A DNA stretch of 64,000 nt from a virus. Lineage: Duplodnaviria > Caudoviricetes. The notes under the pieces were generated by a model. The model made no database searches, was not told where the DNA came from, and worked only from the letters and a program-made list of their open reading frames with translations. Of the stretch, positions 48,601 through 57,900 are shown in pieces. How positions within the stretch are numbered: position 1 is the stretch's first letter; each line of letters begins with the position of its first letter. The position numbers and the translations under genes are program-made. Location: positions 1-64,000 of the IMG/VR virus record IMGVR_UViG_3300030330_004154, one strand, 5' to 3'.

Positions 48601-49660
48601 TTAAAAAGTCATGTTTAATAAACTTGGGTGGTCTTGGTGTGTCTGGCCCAACAAAGTTGTATATCAACAATTTAATATCTAGCTTGGGATTAAAATCAAA
48701 ATCTGGCCTTTCCCATTTTTCTGCAAAGTAAGTGTAAAGAACATCAAACACCTTAGCTTCGTTAGCAACTCTATTTATAAGATTATCTAAATTTTGAAAC
48801 TTGTCTGTAAAAACAGCCATGCAAACAGGGATGCCAGAAACATTCAGGTCATCAAACTCTCTAGTCCAAGCTGCATGTGGAGCGCCAACAACAACGGTTT
48901 CTTTATTACCACTAGAACTTAACGCAACACTATGTCCAAACTCGCGACCTTCTTGACCAATATCCCATTGTTGGAAAGGTATAGAAAATTCAGTGTTGGC
49001 ACTGTTTTGTGGATACTTGATTGCCGTTCCGGGTGTAGAGGCAACGTAGTCTCTAATAAATCCACTTGGTAAAACAAGTTTTTGTTCTAAATCCCAACCT
49101 GCTTTTCTGCCTGCAACATCTGTGTTTCTTCTGTACAAAAATACAGCGCCGCCACTTGGCATACCGCTTCCATACTCATCGTAAATGGTGAGACCCGGAG
49201 CGCCTACGGCCATTAGATTTTCACAAACAGATACGGATTTTCCATAGTGTGTACCTGAATTTCTACAAGTTACATCAAGAACACCGTCTGGATCATAATC
49301 GCTTACAAGTTTAATTCCAGAATAATTAAGGGTTTGTTGATTTTGATCTCCAATTGTTCCCGGCCCACATATACCATACTCCCATTCTTCCCAGTCTCTA
49401 GGTTGAGAAATACCATGCGTCTCACCCGTTTCAATAGCCATTGTAACAAAGTAAGGTTGGTTTGGAACAAGCTTGGTATATTTTCTTATGTCATAGTAAT
49501 TGCCAGAATAACTACCGGGGGATTCATTAAATGCCTTTTGTACACTTGGGTTAGTATATGTAGCAAAAGCTCTAAATATACCACCATCAACACAAACTGC
49601 TGGTCTCCAAGTAACATCATCCGTTATTAAGGCTGGGTCGGTTGCCGTTCTATTACTCAT
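42608..49660 (-). CDS. Giant tail protein with seven FG-GAP (integrin-alpha-like) propeller blades (2350 aa)
   Basis: Blades: YGKSV..AVGAP, FGHSV..VVGAP, FGHAV..AIGSP, LGYSC..AFGAP, FGYSV..IVGCP, FGRSV..AIGAP, FGVSV..VGGA, with GAV(Y/F)-type strands. Probable ATG at 49660, 9 nt after GGAG. Confidence 0.8.
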   Translation of the reverse strand: MSNRTATDPALITDDVTWRPAVCVDGGIFRAFATYTNPSVQKAFNESPGSYSGNYYDIRKYTKLVPNQPYFVTMAIETGETHGISQPRDWEEWEYGICGPGTIGDQNQQTLNYSGIKLVSDYDPDGVLDVTCRNSGTHYGKSVSVCENLMAVGAPGLTIYDEYGSGMPSGGAVFLYRRNTDVAGRKAGWDLEQKLVLPSGFIRDYVASTPGTAIKYPQNSANTEFSIPFQQWDIGQEGREFGHSVALSSSGNKETVVVGAPHAAWTREFDDLNVSGIPVCMAVFTDKFQNLDNLINRVANEAKVFDVLYTYFAEKWERPDFDFNPKLDIKLLIYNFVGPDTPRPPKFIKHDFLKFAYIDKLSNSNVDATVTVESIAKDIKSLFLDAFKVSDNPHSGLPPILGIFADESPSSLGGDDINEPIKNFVNFYQSYAYQSGVIDPETSYPNSGYVNRINGVAEKWADASVQLLQETLDTGNLINNDALRYIASGFDVNANPALGTFQIPPSSGGKVYIFDKEGDDINLVQEIKTFNRRASTIALGDDESNDDFLNFELGKDYHDRFGHAVDISKDGKIIAIGSPFTPRPCEVFERVETENDRMYSNIRDWFVHASGRHDYNGLDNTRLDFSANIDRYDELLADSGESIAQSQSYLELNASDKFFYRTDVSFWGATNTIELYKKIYDYKYTDIPYTGTWGFLASEFAPTSRLGYSCAVSDTGNIVAFGAPTDSFNEFDDLNVWYGGTTDLGSGNNRWPSITNAGAVRLFESRKYHPHSGVVEFTRFGNLDRSLNQNDTSISYERMGIYFGVDVAEEGTKPRSFRKMEFSEKKIPQDAGVAFIITPERDVISQDGGEEILTNIKEWLALGDRTLVLVANDPKFEDGGAYAKSTDIVNTILEKLGSRMVVQAARNQEDALLECAESGSFNVVQAFQPEYNHTTFSEYESKISTDNIYARGVGDIKIRLKDNEVSVFKGSGVQMPCNDPLKPLNPEPELPLKQFGDLRAQWNSICSICGPFGCAEIEYKTNWPMYFDNPNPSRACDQYPLPGNLDSPYQDPRPILTAARKTPDRIKIIPEIIIPEVCTSSELFRKECFEVGSSFQRLATDHLDQIAFNIYEPLVPTNGPSGTFNAFNLNTFTNPTALNLRNPILQAKGKIASQIMDDGFETEIVSPDSPLVCQEAPSYAGVGSKVIMIASTRPENRINLGNDPEKSAGEDDKNPAFYSSIVKRNCDNPGVVYQIGGWTGRESFADVMSDFDVMDRDEESRSDLFNLLSSHKHTVEQNFTAHENYALADVLWIADPTGYDEDGVQKIKEYLVNDNKTVVITYNIQPEIYEEDNFGNIGNIISQPFDTIKNVTKICSKLDLNMKPAFSELVSDYLSAQLLDQTPQTINYDYEIVSGCPQGFSWLKNYPSDYTYINYLTTFRDDINDPFRRNEFNIVPVIDTEPSGRIIKYEESLTARKKKFIDQAFFTMQASASVTFPVVDTSGYQVFVNYVSETNDDKIDTGIVISDNSIEDGSFAHDSLTKTEIGNVKQKSYRIQVGTSGTELTVAFDASKHEKIDADSVFVEPRSVRIVSISGCPIPYETVHVTTKTCIDVHDGWEVTCTPSSVIPEQRIVISGVLQPISRSRENYVEPGLVDCETITTEKLIEDGPVVAAEELENFSSFSAGKRRSRIVVISDPTIIQGKCPHYRDNAVGDNQKFLRSLYLPSPQENQQEQKFEKNEEYFETGTKFEYVQKIRSPEAGSPAKYYSLVNEEGLTRRFGKPGVSAKTGKQALYRSDEDDFAPVNVYRQKNPPFDQIESERASFVNLIENTYGVHPRFSGIFRGFGPLTNEQKDEAGIPRFAFEDGKQVEINVIYYPKDEGIRGGITVLQKLTGRDYLDYIDTFSGFPGDLFGYSVDLSDSKLIVGCPFNAFDPNKVWDWTEVSGAPYLSGYKISEYGGAGAAFFFERTGQGTNAKSQFLPFEYKDKLKPESANVGVSGGLSAANIKSQKNIGTERSQDHNDEDFRQTDQFGRSVSVASDMFAIGAPNHDWITEHNHVYDGTSAFLRKEFTAEFDIPAHLYPESSGNPVLNDGAVYTYRHDLTNFGDRSKTVVFAEKLNKQQHRGRFVSTASDPSGTENDKFGVSVAMHRSFRGDSDYTLVGGAINHDYPTSGNHTTGFLKNAGAAFTYDAMLREQPAVIPTESGYIFARVFGPENSRNVSLIVEQPVSGDPITYKASGVVVANRFGEIYLEGSGFDSATKGFTIHRPFVKYVIGTPISGIPIDNSINMVIKAVPGSGQQDMPLFIKDTDGGYVYNNIELYTSGNRDYASGDIDFYVSGNRFFNSGEMDLFVSGVSGVNSASLDLRIRGK

Positions 49661-52600
49661 GTTCGCATACTCCATATCCCACAGTGTTAACACCTCTTAT
49701 TTCATTGTCCAGACTAAGGCTAGAATAAATATTGTCTCTAGCGTCAATCGCAACCCCATAATCGTAACTATCCCAATTAAATCCACCTCCAGATGAAGAT
49801 CCACCGTGAACGTTGTAGATAAACAAAGGCATAGATCCAGAAATTGATCCCGGCTCTACTATATTAGACTGCAAGTACAATGGCATATTGCCAGTTGTAA
49901 TTATCGTTCCACTTCCTGAGACAAACAGTGGCGCTTGAAGAACTCTAAAGTTACTCTCTAATTTTTGCTCACCAGTGCTAAACAGATTTAACGAGTTGTT
50001 GTTTGGAGATGCGCTACCGTCTCCAGCAAGATGATCATTAAACAACATTAAGTTGAAGGGATTTGCTCTAAGGAAATTCCAATAACTACCAGCGCCATAA
50101 ATCATGCCGTTGTAATCCATCGAACCAACAACAGACTCTTGACTAAGTGGTTTCAATACATTTAGAGTCAAAGAAGCGTTTGAATTAGTTCCGTCCGGTT
50201 CATTAGCGCCAATTCTCATCCCTAAACCGAATACATTTCCACCGCCACCGCCACCCATACTACCGCCAGTATTTAGGTCGCTTGTAACTATTTGCTTGCC
50301 GTGTACAAACAAGTCAAGAATACCGCTATGCTCCACAGGTAATCGACCTGACGTGTAAAGATCTATTTGACCGCTTGCGTTAGCAGAGGCTTGGGTATAT
50401 AAATCTAGGCTGTCTTCAATTCTAACAACACCAGAAATTAATAAATCTAGCTGTCCACTTTGTGGAACTAGCTGTTGACCACTTGTATATAATTGAAATA
50501 CATCACCACTTGCATAACCAGAAACACCAAATGTATATAAATCAAGGATACCACTGTCTACAAGGCCGCCACTAGCAAATAAATCAAGAGAACCGCTTGA
50601 AGGATTTGGTTTAACAAAAGCATTCTCTGCTCTAACGTGCGCCGTATGTATTTGTAGGTTTGATATAAATCCGTCAGAAGATGGGTAGACAATATCGTAC
50701 TGCAAGAACATATCGTCAACATCTTGAGAGAACAATCTCTCGCTAAAATCTTTTACCTTTTGGTCATCTGGGAAGAACGCCCATTGCTCAGATTCGTCAC
50801 ACAAATCTTCATGACTAAATGAGCTTTCTATTTTTATAATTGAGCTAGGGCAAGGTTCAATATAATGTATACTTCTATTTATCAAACCGTAGTTTTCTGG
50901 ACTCCAATATGGCTCTTGACTCTTAGTGTAAAGGCTTACAATAAGTTTTGGACCACTTGTACATCTGTCCCATTGAATATTACCACTGGTATGATTTGTT
51001 AAGATGGTATCAACAACAAGGGCGTTGTCTGTAAACTTATAACCTTGCGGTAAATCTTTTCTCACCCTTGGGTAGATTGCATGGAAGTTTTCTGGCGAAT
51101 CGCTTAAATGAAATCTAACAAAGTCGTTTTCAACCTGAGAGTGGTAAGAAACGCCACTGTCTATATTTGCTGGGAATGTTAAATTTGTTCTATTACCATA
51201 AGCCACCCCGTCATTTTCAAGATGGAACGATATTAGGTCTCTATTCGTTCTTTTTGTCAAAGCGTCAAACGATGGACTAAACGCTGGACTTCTAAATGCG
51301 CCAATAGTCCAATCGTGATAGCTGTCCTCGTTTACATACTCCCACAATTTAAATGTATCGTTTACATGAGATTCTTCTGGGTCAAAGAATTTCATGCTTT
51401 GATTATCAAAGAATTCTGTGGCTGTTATTTGTTTAAGATTTCTGTCTGGATTTGATTGAACAACATTAGATCCACTTCCATCAAACGGGTGTGTAAATGC
51501 TATTTCAGCAAGTAAATGTGGTATGTTTCTCTCTTCAGAACAGCCAAAAGAAAGTCTATTATGTACATGTGACAAGCTGACAGTGCTGCTTGTTGCTCTT
51601 AGATTTGTAAATTCACCTTTATGTAGTTCATTGTCTGTGTACAGTCTTATTTTTTGATCTAAATTTTCATTGTACGTAACAAGTACAGTCAAGGGGAATT
51701 GATAACCGCTATAAGGTAGTGTGTCAGAAATTACTTCGCTTCCAGCGGCAGCAAACAATTTACCGCCAGAATAACCTACCTGCAAACCAGTATTGTTAGG
51801 TGTGTCAAAGGTGTAGAACAGCACTCCAAGGTCATAGTAATTGTAAGTCGCTCCACTTGCGTTAGCATCTGGAATAAATCTACTATAAATAGATATTCCG
51901 CTCTCAGTGTTAACGTCTGTAAACTGTAGGTTGTCACCACTGCCTACTCTAAGTATATTATCGTAACCATCAAATATTTGACCGTAAAGCTCATGGTTTT
52001 GGAAATTAACACTACCACTAGCTAACGATGTCCAGTCTGCCGTTTTATATTCACCACTGTATCCCGGTAAAATGTCACCAAACAAAGTTCCGCTTGTTAA
52101 CCTAGAACCAATGTTTTGATGCAAGTCTATAGGTGACGATGTGAATTGTGCATTTCTTGCGGTAGATATAGGTGTTGCTCTGGAGTAGAAAGTGGTTCCA
52201 CTTCTTCTACTAAAGTCAATAAGGCAGTCAATGAATGGCGTGTCTAGCTGTGGGTTCTCAAATCCAAAGCCAAACTGGTCTACATCAAATGGTCCAAACG
52301 TAAGACCTTGCATACCGCGCCATCTTCTGGCATAGTTTGTTTTAATTGTACTAGGCGAAGTAAACTGATGGGGAATACCTTCCAACCTAGACATAGGCTG
52401 GAATCCAGAACCAGTGTTTAGATAAGCATCGCCAGACGCCATTCCCGATGGGAAAAAAGCACCCTCACTTCTTCCAGCTTGAGCGCGACCAATGTCTCCA
52501 CCTTGAGTAGCCAGAGTAAATGCATTTTGAGGTTTATATCTAACTATAAGATGAATATCAGATATAGAAGCGCCACTTGGCAGTGGGAAAATATCTAAGT

Positions 52601-54899
52601 ATAGATTTTCAAAGAAGGTACTCCAACCATAATCTTTTGGTAAACCAAGTTCAACTTCATCTTTAAATATTTTTAATGGAAGTTCATATGTTCTAAATTC
52701 TTCACTATCAACAAGCGGATACATTGTCAACTCATAGTGATCTCCACTTGCAGTATTTTCAAAGTATGCAAATTTATCAGAAATAGCTTCGCCATCTATA
52801 CCAAGATCATCTATCCTTGCAAAGCCAGAGGCTGTCGGTGGAGTAAAGAAGTCAGTGCCAGATGGGTGCTGCAAGAAACCGCCGCTTGGACTTGTAACAT
52901 TAAGAATGCAATCATCGCTGTAGCCAACTACGTCTAAGAAGAAATCTCTCGTACCCGCAGATTTTCTAGCTGTCACAGACAAGCTAATAGAATCTATATC
53001 ATGATAAATATTGTCTGTTTGATTTAACGATACCGTATTCTCTGTATTAAACGCTCCAGAAGGATGGAATCTACCGTCAGAAAATGTGGGAGAAGTCCAT
53101 ATATCTGCTATAGATTGGTCAAAGGCTACATTGAATGCTCCGGGCGTTACCTCGCTAACACTGCTTTGACCAGTTCCAAACTTCAGAATTAATTTGCCAG
53201 AGTCATTAATAACATCATGAGTTGTTATGTAAGTTTCATTACTCTCATCTGTGATGTAAGATATTAATTTTGCGTTATGACAATCATCTAAATTAGAGTA
53301 CTCTCTCTCATGATCTGTCCAAAGAAGATTGCCAGACTCAGGGAATATAGTTGTATCAAAGCCTTTTTCTGGAATATATTTAGGTAGTATTTTTCTTTCT
53401 AATCTTTTACCCTTTTCTGGGTTCATCATGATTAGAGGCATGTAGTTTTCTGGACTTGGGCCAATTCCGGGAAATCCACTACTCCAAATTTCTATGGTAG
53501 ATATTCTTATATTGTTGGTTGGCTTGATAGCAATTTCATTACCATCCGGGTCGTCCTCCATAAACCCATCTGAAAATCCACCGTCAAAAGCATCGTCCAT
53601 TGGCTCTGCTAAAACATCAAACGATAAAGTATAGCCATTCTTCTTTTGTAGGTCTGGATATCCGTCTTGCCACTCGTATTTACTTGCAACTACATTATTA
53701 CTTGGTTTTAAAGAATATGTAGTAAAGTTTTTATACATTCCCGGATGTTTATCGTCACTTGCGTCACCAAAGAAAGTAAAATCTTCGTATTGAACAATCA
53801 AACCGCCGCTAGGGTCTTCAAACTTAATATTTTTAATTGTATATCTGGGTGCAACCTCAGATTCAATATTATTAATGGGCGCAGAAACCCTGAATAATAT
53901 TCTACTATCTAAAGGTTTTAACGTAAAATTGTCTAGATAAAATTTAGCTTGATACTCACCCGACGTATGATTAGTGTGGGGAGTCATATAACTACAAATA
54001 TCATCAGCGACTAATTCAGAATACTCATTGTGGGTAGTATACTTACCTATAAAAACGCCTTCATTTATAAAACTAGCTACTGGAAGCGTTACTTCAAGTG
54101 GCGCGTGACACTCTGCGCTAGTGTCAATATCGGTTGAACCATATTTACCAACAAAATCACCAAGCTCTATAGGATTGCCGTAAAAATGGTCTGGTATTAC
54201 ATCTCCACTAGCATATAGTTTTTGAGTGTTTGAAAAATTTCCTAAATCAAAGTAGTCTGGGAAATCACCGTGGAATTTGTCTAAGAAGTCTGATCCTATT
54301 TCACCAACGGCGTTTAAATCTTGACTTACGCTATAATCTACCGTTAGCCCATCTTCAATTGAGCTAGTCACCTCTATCGCTAAGTCCAAGAAAATATCGT
54401 GCAGTACAATGTCTGACGTTACCTCTAAATCTATTTCTTCATGTACGTTTCTATTTATGTAAGGTAAGGTATCATGACATCTAAACGTCGTCAAATCGAC
54501 AAAGTAAGCGCTTCCAACAACAAGGGGCGTTCCGCTTACCTCTTCTATAATTACATTGAAAAAAGATGAAGTCGTTGAAAATACTTCAAGCGTAGAAACC
54601 ACTACCCCGCCGGAAGAAATAGATATTTTGTCTCCAACAAGCACAGGAGTAGTTATAGATACAGAATACCTGTTGGGATCACCGGGAATTGTAGAAACCT
54701 GCTCTTCAACAATAATTACAGCGGTAGAAGTTAAAGTTTCTATCTCTCTACAGGGCGATGCTAGAGCAGAAGATGCTTCTATTGTATCAGAAAAATTAAA
54801 CGGGTCCAAAGACATTAAAGCGTCAATGCCGCCGTTAGCCCCCGGATCAGCAGAGGCGCTAAAAAGACAATGACATTCTAATTCATGAAGGTATGACAT
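49653..54899 (-). CDS. Giant tail-associated protein (1748 aa) with C-terminal SG-x-LDL-(Y/F) repeats
   Basis: Immediately downstream of the tape measure; acidic, S/G/D-rich; tandem short repeats near the C-terminus. Confidence 0.65.
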   Translation of the reverse strand: MSYLHELECHCLFSASADPGANGGIDALMSLDPFNFSDTIEASSALASPCREIETLTSTAVIIVEEQVSTIPGDPNRYSVSITTPVLVGDKISISSGGVVVSTLEVFSTTSSFFNVIIEEVSGTPLVVGSAYFVDLTTFRCHDTLPYINRNVHEEIDLEVTSDIVLHDIFLDLAIEVTSSIEDGLTVDYSVSQDLNAVGEIGSDFLDKFHGDFPDYFDLGNFSNTQKLYASGDVIPDHFYGNPIELGDFVGKYGSTDIDTSAECHAPLEVTLPVASFINEGVFIGKYTTHNEYSELVADDICSYMTPHTNHTSGEYQAKFYLDNFTLKPLDSRILFRVSAPINNIESEVAPRYTIKNIKFEDPSGGLIVQYEDFTFFGDASDDKHPGMYKNFTTYSLKPSNNVVASKYEWQDGYPDLQKKNGYTLSFDVLAEPMDDAFDGGFSDGFMEDDPDGNEIAIKPTNNIRISTIEIWSSGFPGIGPSPENYMPLIMMNPEKGKRLERKILPKYIPEKGFDTTIFPESGNLLWTDHEREYSNLDDCHNAKLISYITDESNETYITTHDVINDSGKLILKFGTGQSSVSEVTPGAFNVAFDQSIADIWTSPTFSDGRFHPSGAFNTENTVSLNQTDNIYHDIDSISLSVTARKSAGTRDFFLDVVGYSDDCILNVTSPSGGFLQHPSGTDFFTPPTASGFARIDDLGIDGEAISDKFAYFENTASGDHYELTMYPLVDSEEFRTYELPLKIFKDEVELGLPKDYGWSTFFENLYLDIFPLPSGASISDIHLIVRYKPQNAFTLATQGGDIGRAQAGRSEGAFFPSGMASGDAYLNTGSGFQPMSRLEGIPHQFTSPSTIKTNYARRWRGMQGLTFGPFDVDQFGFGFENPQLDTPFIDCLIDFSRRSGTTFYSRATPISTARNAQFTSSPIDLHQNIGSRLTSGTLFGDILPGYSGEYKTADWTSLASGSVNFQNHELYGQIFDGYDNILRVGSGDNLQFTDVNTESGISIYSRFIPDANASGATYNYYDLGVLFYTFDTPNNTGLQVGYSGGKLFAAAGSEVISDTLPYSGYQFPLTVLVTYNENLDQKIRLYTDNELHKGEFTNLRATSSTVSLSHVHNRLSFGCSEERNIPHLLAEIAFTHPFDGSGSNVVQSNPDRNLKQITATEFFDNQSMKFFDPEESHVNDTFKLWEYVNEDSYHDWTIGAFRSPAFSPSFDALTKRTNRDLISFHLENDGVAYGNRTNLTFPANIDSGVSYHSQVENDFVRFHLSDSPENFHAIYPRVRKDLPQGYKFTDNALVVDTILTNHTSGNIQWDRCTSGPKLIVSLYTKSQEPYWSPENYGLINRSIHYIEPCPSSIIKIESSFSHEDLCDESEQWAFFPDDQKVKDFSERLFSQDVDDMFLQYDIVYPSSDGFISNLQIHTAHVRAENAFVKPNPSSGSLDLFASGGLVDSGILDLYTFGVSGYASGDVFQLYTSGQQLVPQSGQLDLLISGVVRIEDSLDLYTQASANASGQIDLYTSGRLPVEHSGILDLFVHGKQIVTSDLNTGGSMGGGGGGNVFGLGMRIGANEPDGTNSNASLTLNVLKPLSQESVVGSMDYNGMIYGAGSYWNFLRANPFNLMLFNDHLAGDGSASPNNNSLNLFSTGEQKLESNFRVLQAPLFVSGSGTIITTGNMPLYLQSNIVEPGSISGSMPLFIYNVHGGSSSGGGFNWDSYDYGVAIDARDNIYSSLSLDNEIRGVNTVGYGVCEHE
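50300..50600 (-). repeat. Protein-level tandem repeat SG-x-(L/I)DL-(Y/F/L)-x-x-G, about 7 units
   Basis: SGSLDLFASG, SGILDLYTFG, SGDVFQLYTSG, SGQLDLLISG, DSLDLYTQA, SGQIDLYTSG, SGILDLFVHG. Confidence 0.8.
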
Positions 54900-54907
54900 T
54901 CGTGATT

Positions 54908-57900
54908 TTATCCTAATACACTACGGTCTGACGTTGTTATACTACCATCACTGTTAAACTTCGATCTAGACATCATGTCTCCAGCTTCTGCCAAGATTTC
55001 GTCTTTAAACGCCTGTTGCATATTACCATTGAACATATGGTTAATATCAAGTGTACCAAGTTTTTCAAACATGTGTTTAATGTTTACATTGCCAAGCTTA
55101 TCTGTAACCTCTTGGAATTTATTGACCATCTCTTCAAATTTAGAGAAGTCTATGCCGCCCGGACCCTCTGGGCCAGTTGAACCGTTTGCTCTATATCTAA
55201 CAGATCCACCAGATGAAAGAGCCTGTGTTGGTGCTGAGTTAGAGTTCATAGATCTAAGTATTTGTAGGTTATTACCTCTTTGTACAGCAGCGCGATTTAC
55301 AACAAACTCTCCGGGTGTCAACATGGCAGGAACAGTATCAGTTCCTCTTGGAATAAACATTCCTCTGCTGGCATAAACAGGTCCACCTCGACTCAAACCT
55401 AATGCGGCTTGATTTTGATTTACCCTACTTTGAATTTCTCTAAACTTAGCATCTTGAGTATTTATGATAACCTGCTTGGCTGTAACATCCATGCTTTCCA
55501 TGTTAGCCGCTTGATCACCAAGTTGACTCTGCAATTGTGAAAGTTCACGACCCTCTGCTTTTATTCTTTCTTCTTCAGTTGTTGTTCCTGTAAATACTTC
55601 TGCCGCTCTACCTCCAAGCCCAAATGAACCAAATGCCAGTTGAGCAGCACGTTTATTTTCAGCGTCACTTAAACCAGTCCCCTGTAACCCCTGTAGACCT
55701 TTACCAAGCGCACCAGCACCGAACAAGCTAGCCGCAGCAGCATCGCCAGTTCTAAGTGCAGATCCAGCAGCAGCACCAATAGCTTGATTGAAGAACGATT
55801 CTACATCACCGCCAAGAAGCGAATCTAAAGCGCTTTTCTCTGCTTGATTCTTTTTCCTTATTAATTCTAATTCTTGTTTTCTTTGTTCTATACCTTGTTT
55901 AGTAATTGTTATAAGGGCTTGGTTTGCAGCTTTAAGTTCAGATCTTCTGTCTGCGTCTACGCCAGCCCTGTCACCAAAAGCACCGCTTTTTCCGCCACTA
56001 TTTAAAATAGCTGCATTTTGTGCGCTTTGTTGTCTGGAAAATCTATTCAATACATCTTCGCTAGCCCTGCGAATATCGCTTGCGCTGCCAGTTGTCAGTC
56101 CAGCAACTCCAGCATCTCGTAGTGACAAGTTAGCTTGCTGTCTTCTTGCTGCAAATTCTCTTTCAGGTGTAAATTTATCACCACCGAAGAACTCTAAATT
56201 CTTAGCAGCCTCAATTTGATTGTCAATTGCTTTCTTTTGTGCGTCAATTAATTTTAATTCTGCTTTTCTTCTTTCTTCAGTAGCTTTAATTAATTTAGCG
56301 TTTACAGACTCCATTTCCTTCATAGGCCCAAGGATCTGCTTTTGAATTTGTTCTCCAAGTGGACCAAATGCTTTTTGCAATATTGGACTAGCATCACCAG
56401 TATTATAGAACTGTTCTATTTCCTCTTTTGTTAGATCACCAATACCATTAAATGCATTTGTTAACCTATCTTTAATAGGGCTACTATCTGGAATTGTTCC
56501 AAGTAAGGCGGCTTTAAAGTCTTTCTGAACTTTACCCAAGCTTGCGCCTGAAGTAATATCTCCTGCGCTTAAATTGCTTCTCAGAGTTTCAAGCGCTGCA
56601 TTTGCATTAACCTGAGCGTCGTTAAACCCTTGCAAGGTTCCAGTTAATACATCCACCTGCTCGGTTGTTGCACCAAACGCAGAAAAGCTACTAGCAACAG
56701 CGTTAAGTGAAGAATCTAAATCTGACTGGCTGATAGCAGCACCAGCACCACTAACAACAGCAGCTAATGTGTTTGTAGCTATAGTTAATGAATTATAACC
56801 AGTTTTAGATGATTCAGTTATATTGTCTAGGTTAGTATTAAATGCAGTTATACCAGAGGTTACGTCTTTTAATCCAAAGTTTAATGATTTCAAGAAAGCA
56901 GCATTTTCTTTTGCTGCCTCGCCCATTGCTTTTACTTGATCTTCAAATTGCTTTTTTAAGTTTGAATCTAAATCTAAAGCCTTTCTAACTAAAGCTCCCT
57001 CTTCGCCCATTTGACTTATTATAGAGTCCAAGGTGGGTGCTGTACGGCCCAAAGACGCAGCAGTTCCAGCCGCATTTTTAACAAGTTCGTCAAAACCCTT
57101 TTTAAATTCAGGTGCTTGTAACTGAGCAACTAATTGTTTGTTAAGCGCTTCTTCTTGTTTTTTCCTTTCTAGTCTGGCGTTTGTTAGTGCGGTCTTTGTT
57201 CTTGTGGCGGCATCGTCCCACAGTCCAATGTAAGCGCCAATATTATCGCCAAGTTTTTCAGGATCAAACATGCCAACGTCGGCGCCAGATGCTTTTGCAA
57301 GAGAAGCAACTTGGCCGCCAACACCAAAGGCAGCAGCGTTCATCACTCCTATTCCAATCACCTCTGCAAGCAAGCCTCCTCTTCCTGCCTTGGCGGTGGT
57401 TTGACCTCTTACCCTATCACCAGATGCTAGTTGAATAGCATTGTCTTTGGCTACGGCTCTCAAACCTCCAGTAAATGATCCTGACTGAAAAGCTTCTTGT
57501 ATTGTTTTCGCTCCGTCTTTAACTTCTTTCAGCGCTTCAGAAGCAGCCTTGCTTGCTGCTGCTAGCTCGTTCGTTCGTCTTGCAGCGGATGCTTCAGCTT
57601 CTGCCTTAGCTTTAATTACATCCGTTGAATCTGCGCCAAAAAGCGTAAGGACGTTATCTCTGAAAAACGCTAAAGCGTCTTCAGTTAATCCAAGTTTTGC
57701 AGCAACCCCAACCGCAGCACCACCAAGACCACCAACTATAGCTCCAGCGGCAGTACCCAATCCGGGAAGAAGCACTGTTCCAATCGCAGCGCCAGCGGCA
57801 GCAGCACCCATTGCTAATTTGTTTGCATCGCTTGCGGCTTGACTTGCAGCAGCAGTGGCTCCAGCATTAGCAACGTCACCTTCTTCAATTGCTTTCGTTG

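Noticed and set aside
49661-49693. Longer upstream starts in the ORF track (also 3271, 5478, 7093, 12227, 21320, 22111, 23058, 25017, 63781)
   Set aside because: Downstream ATGs have better SD spacing or stop/start coupling and were used instead.
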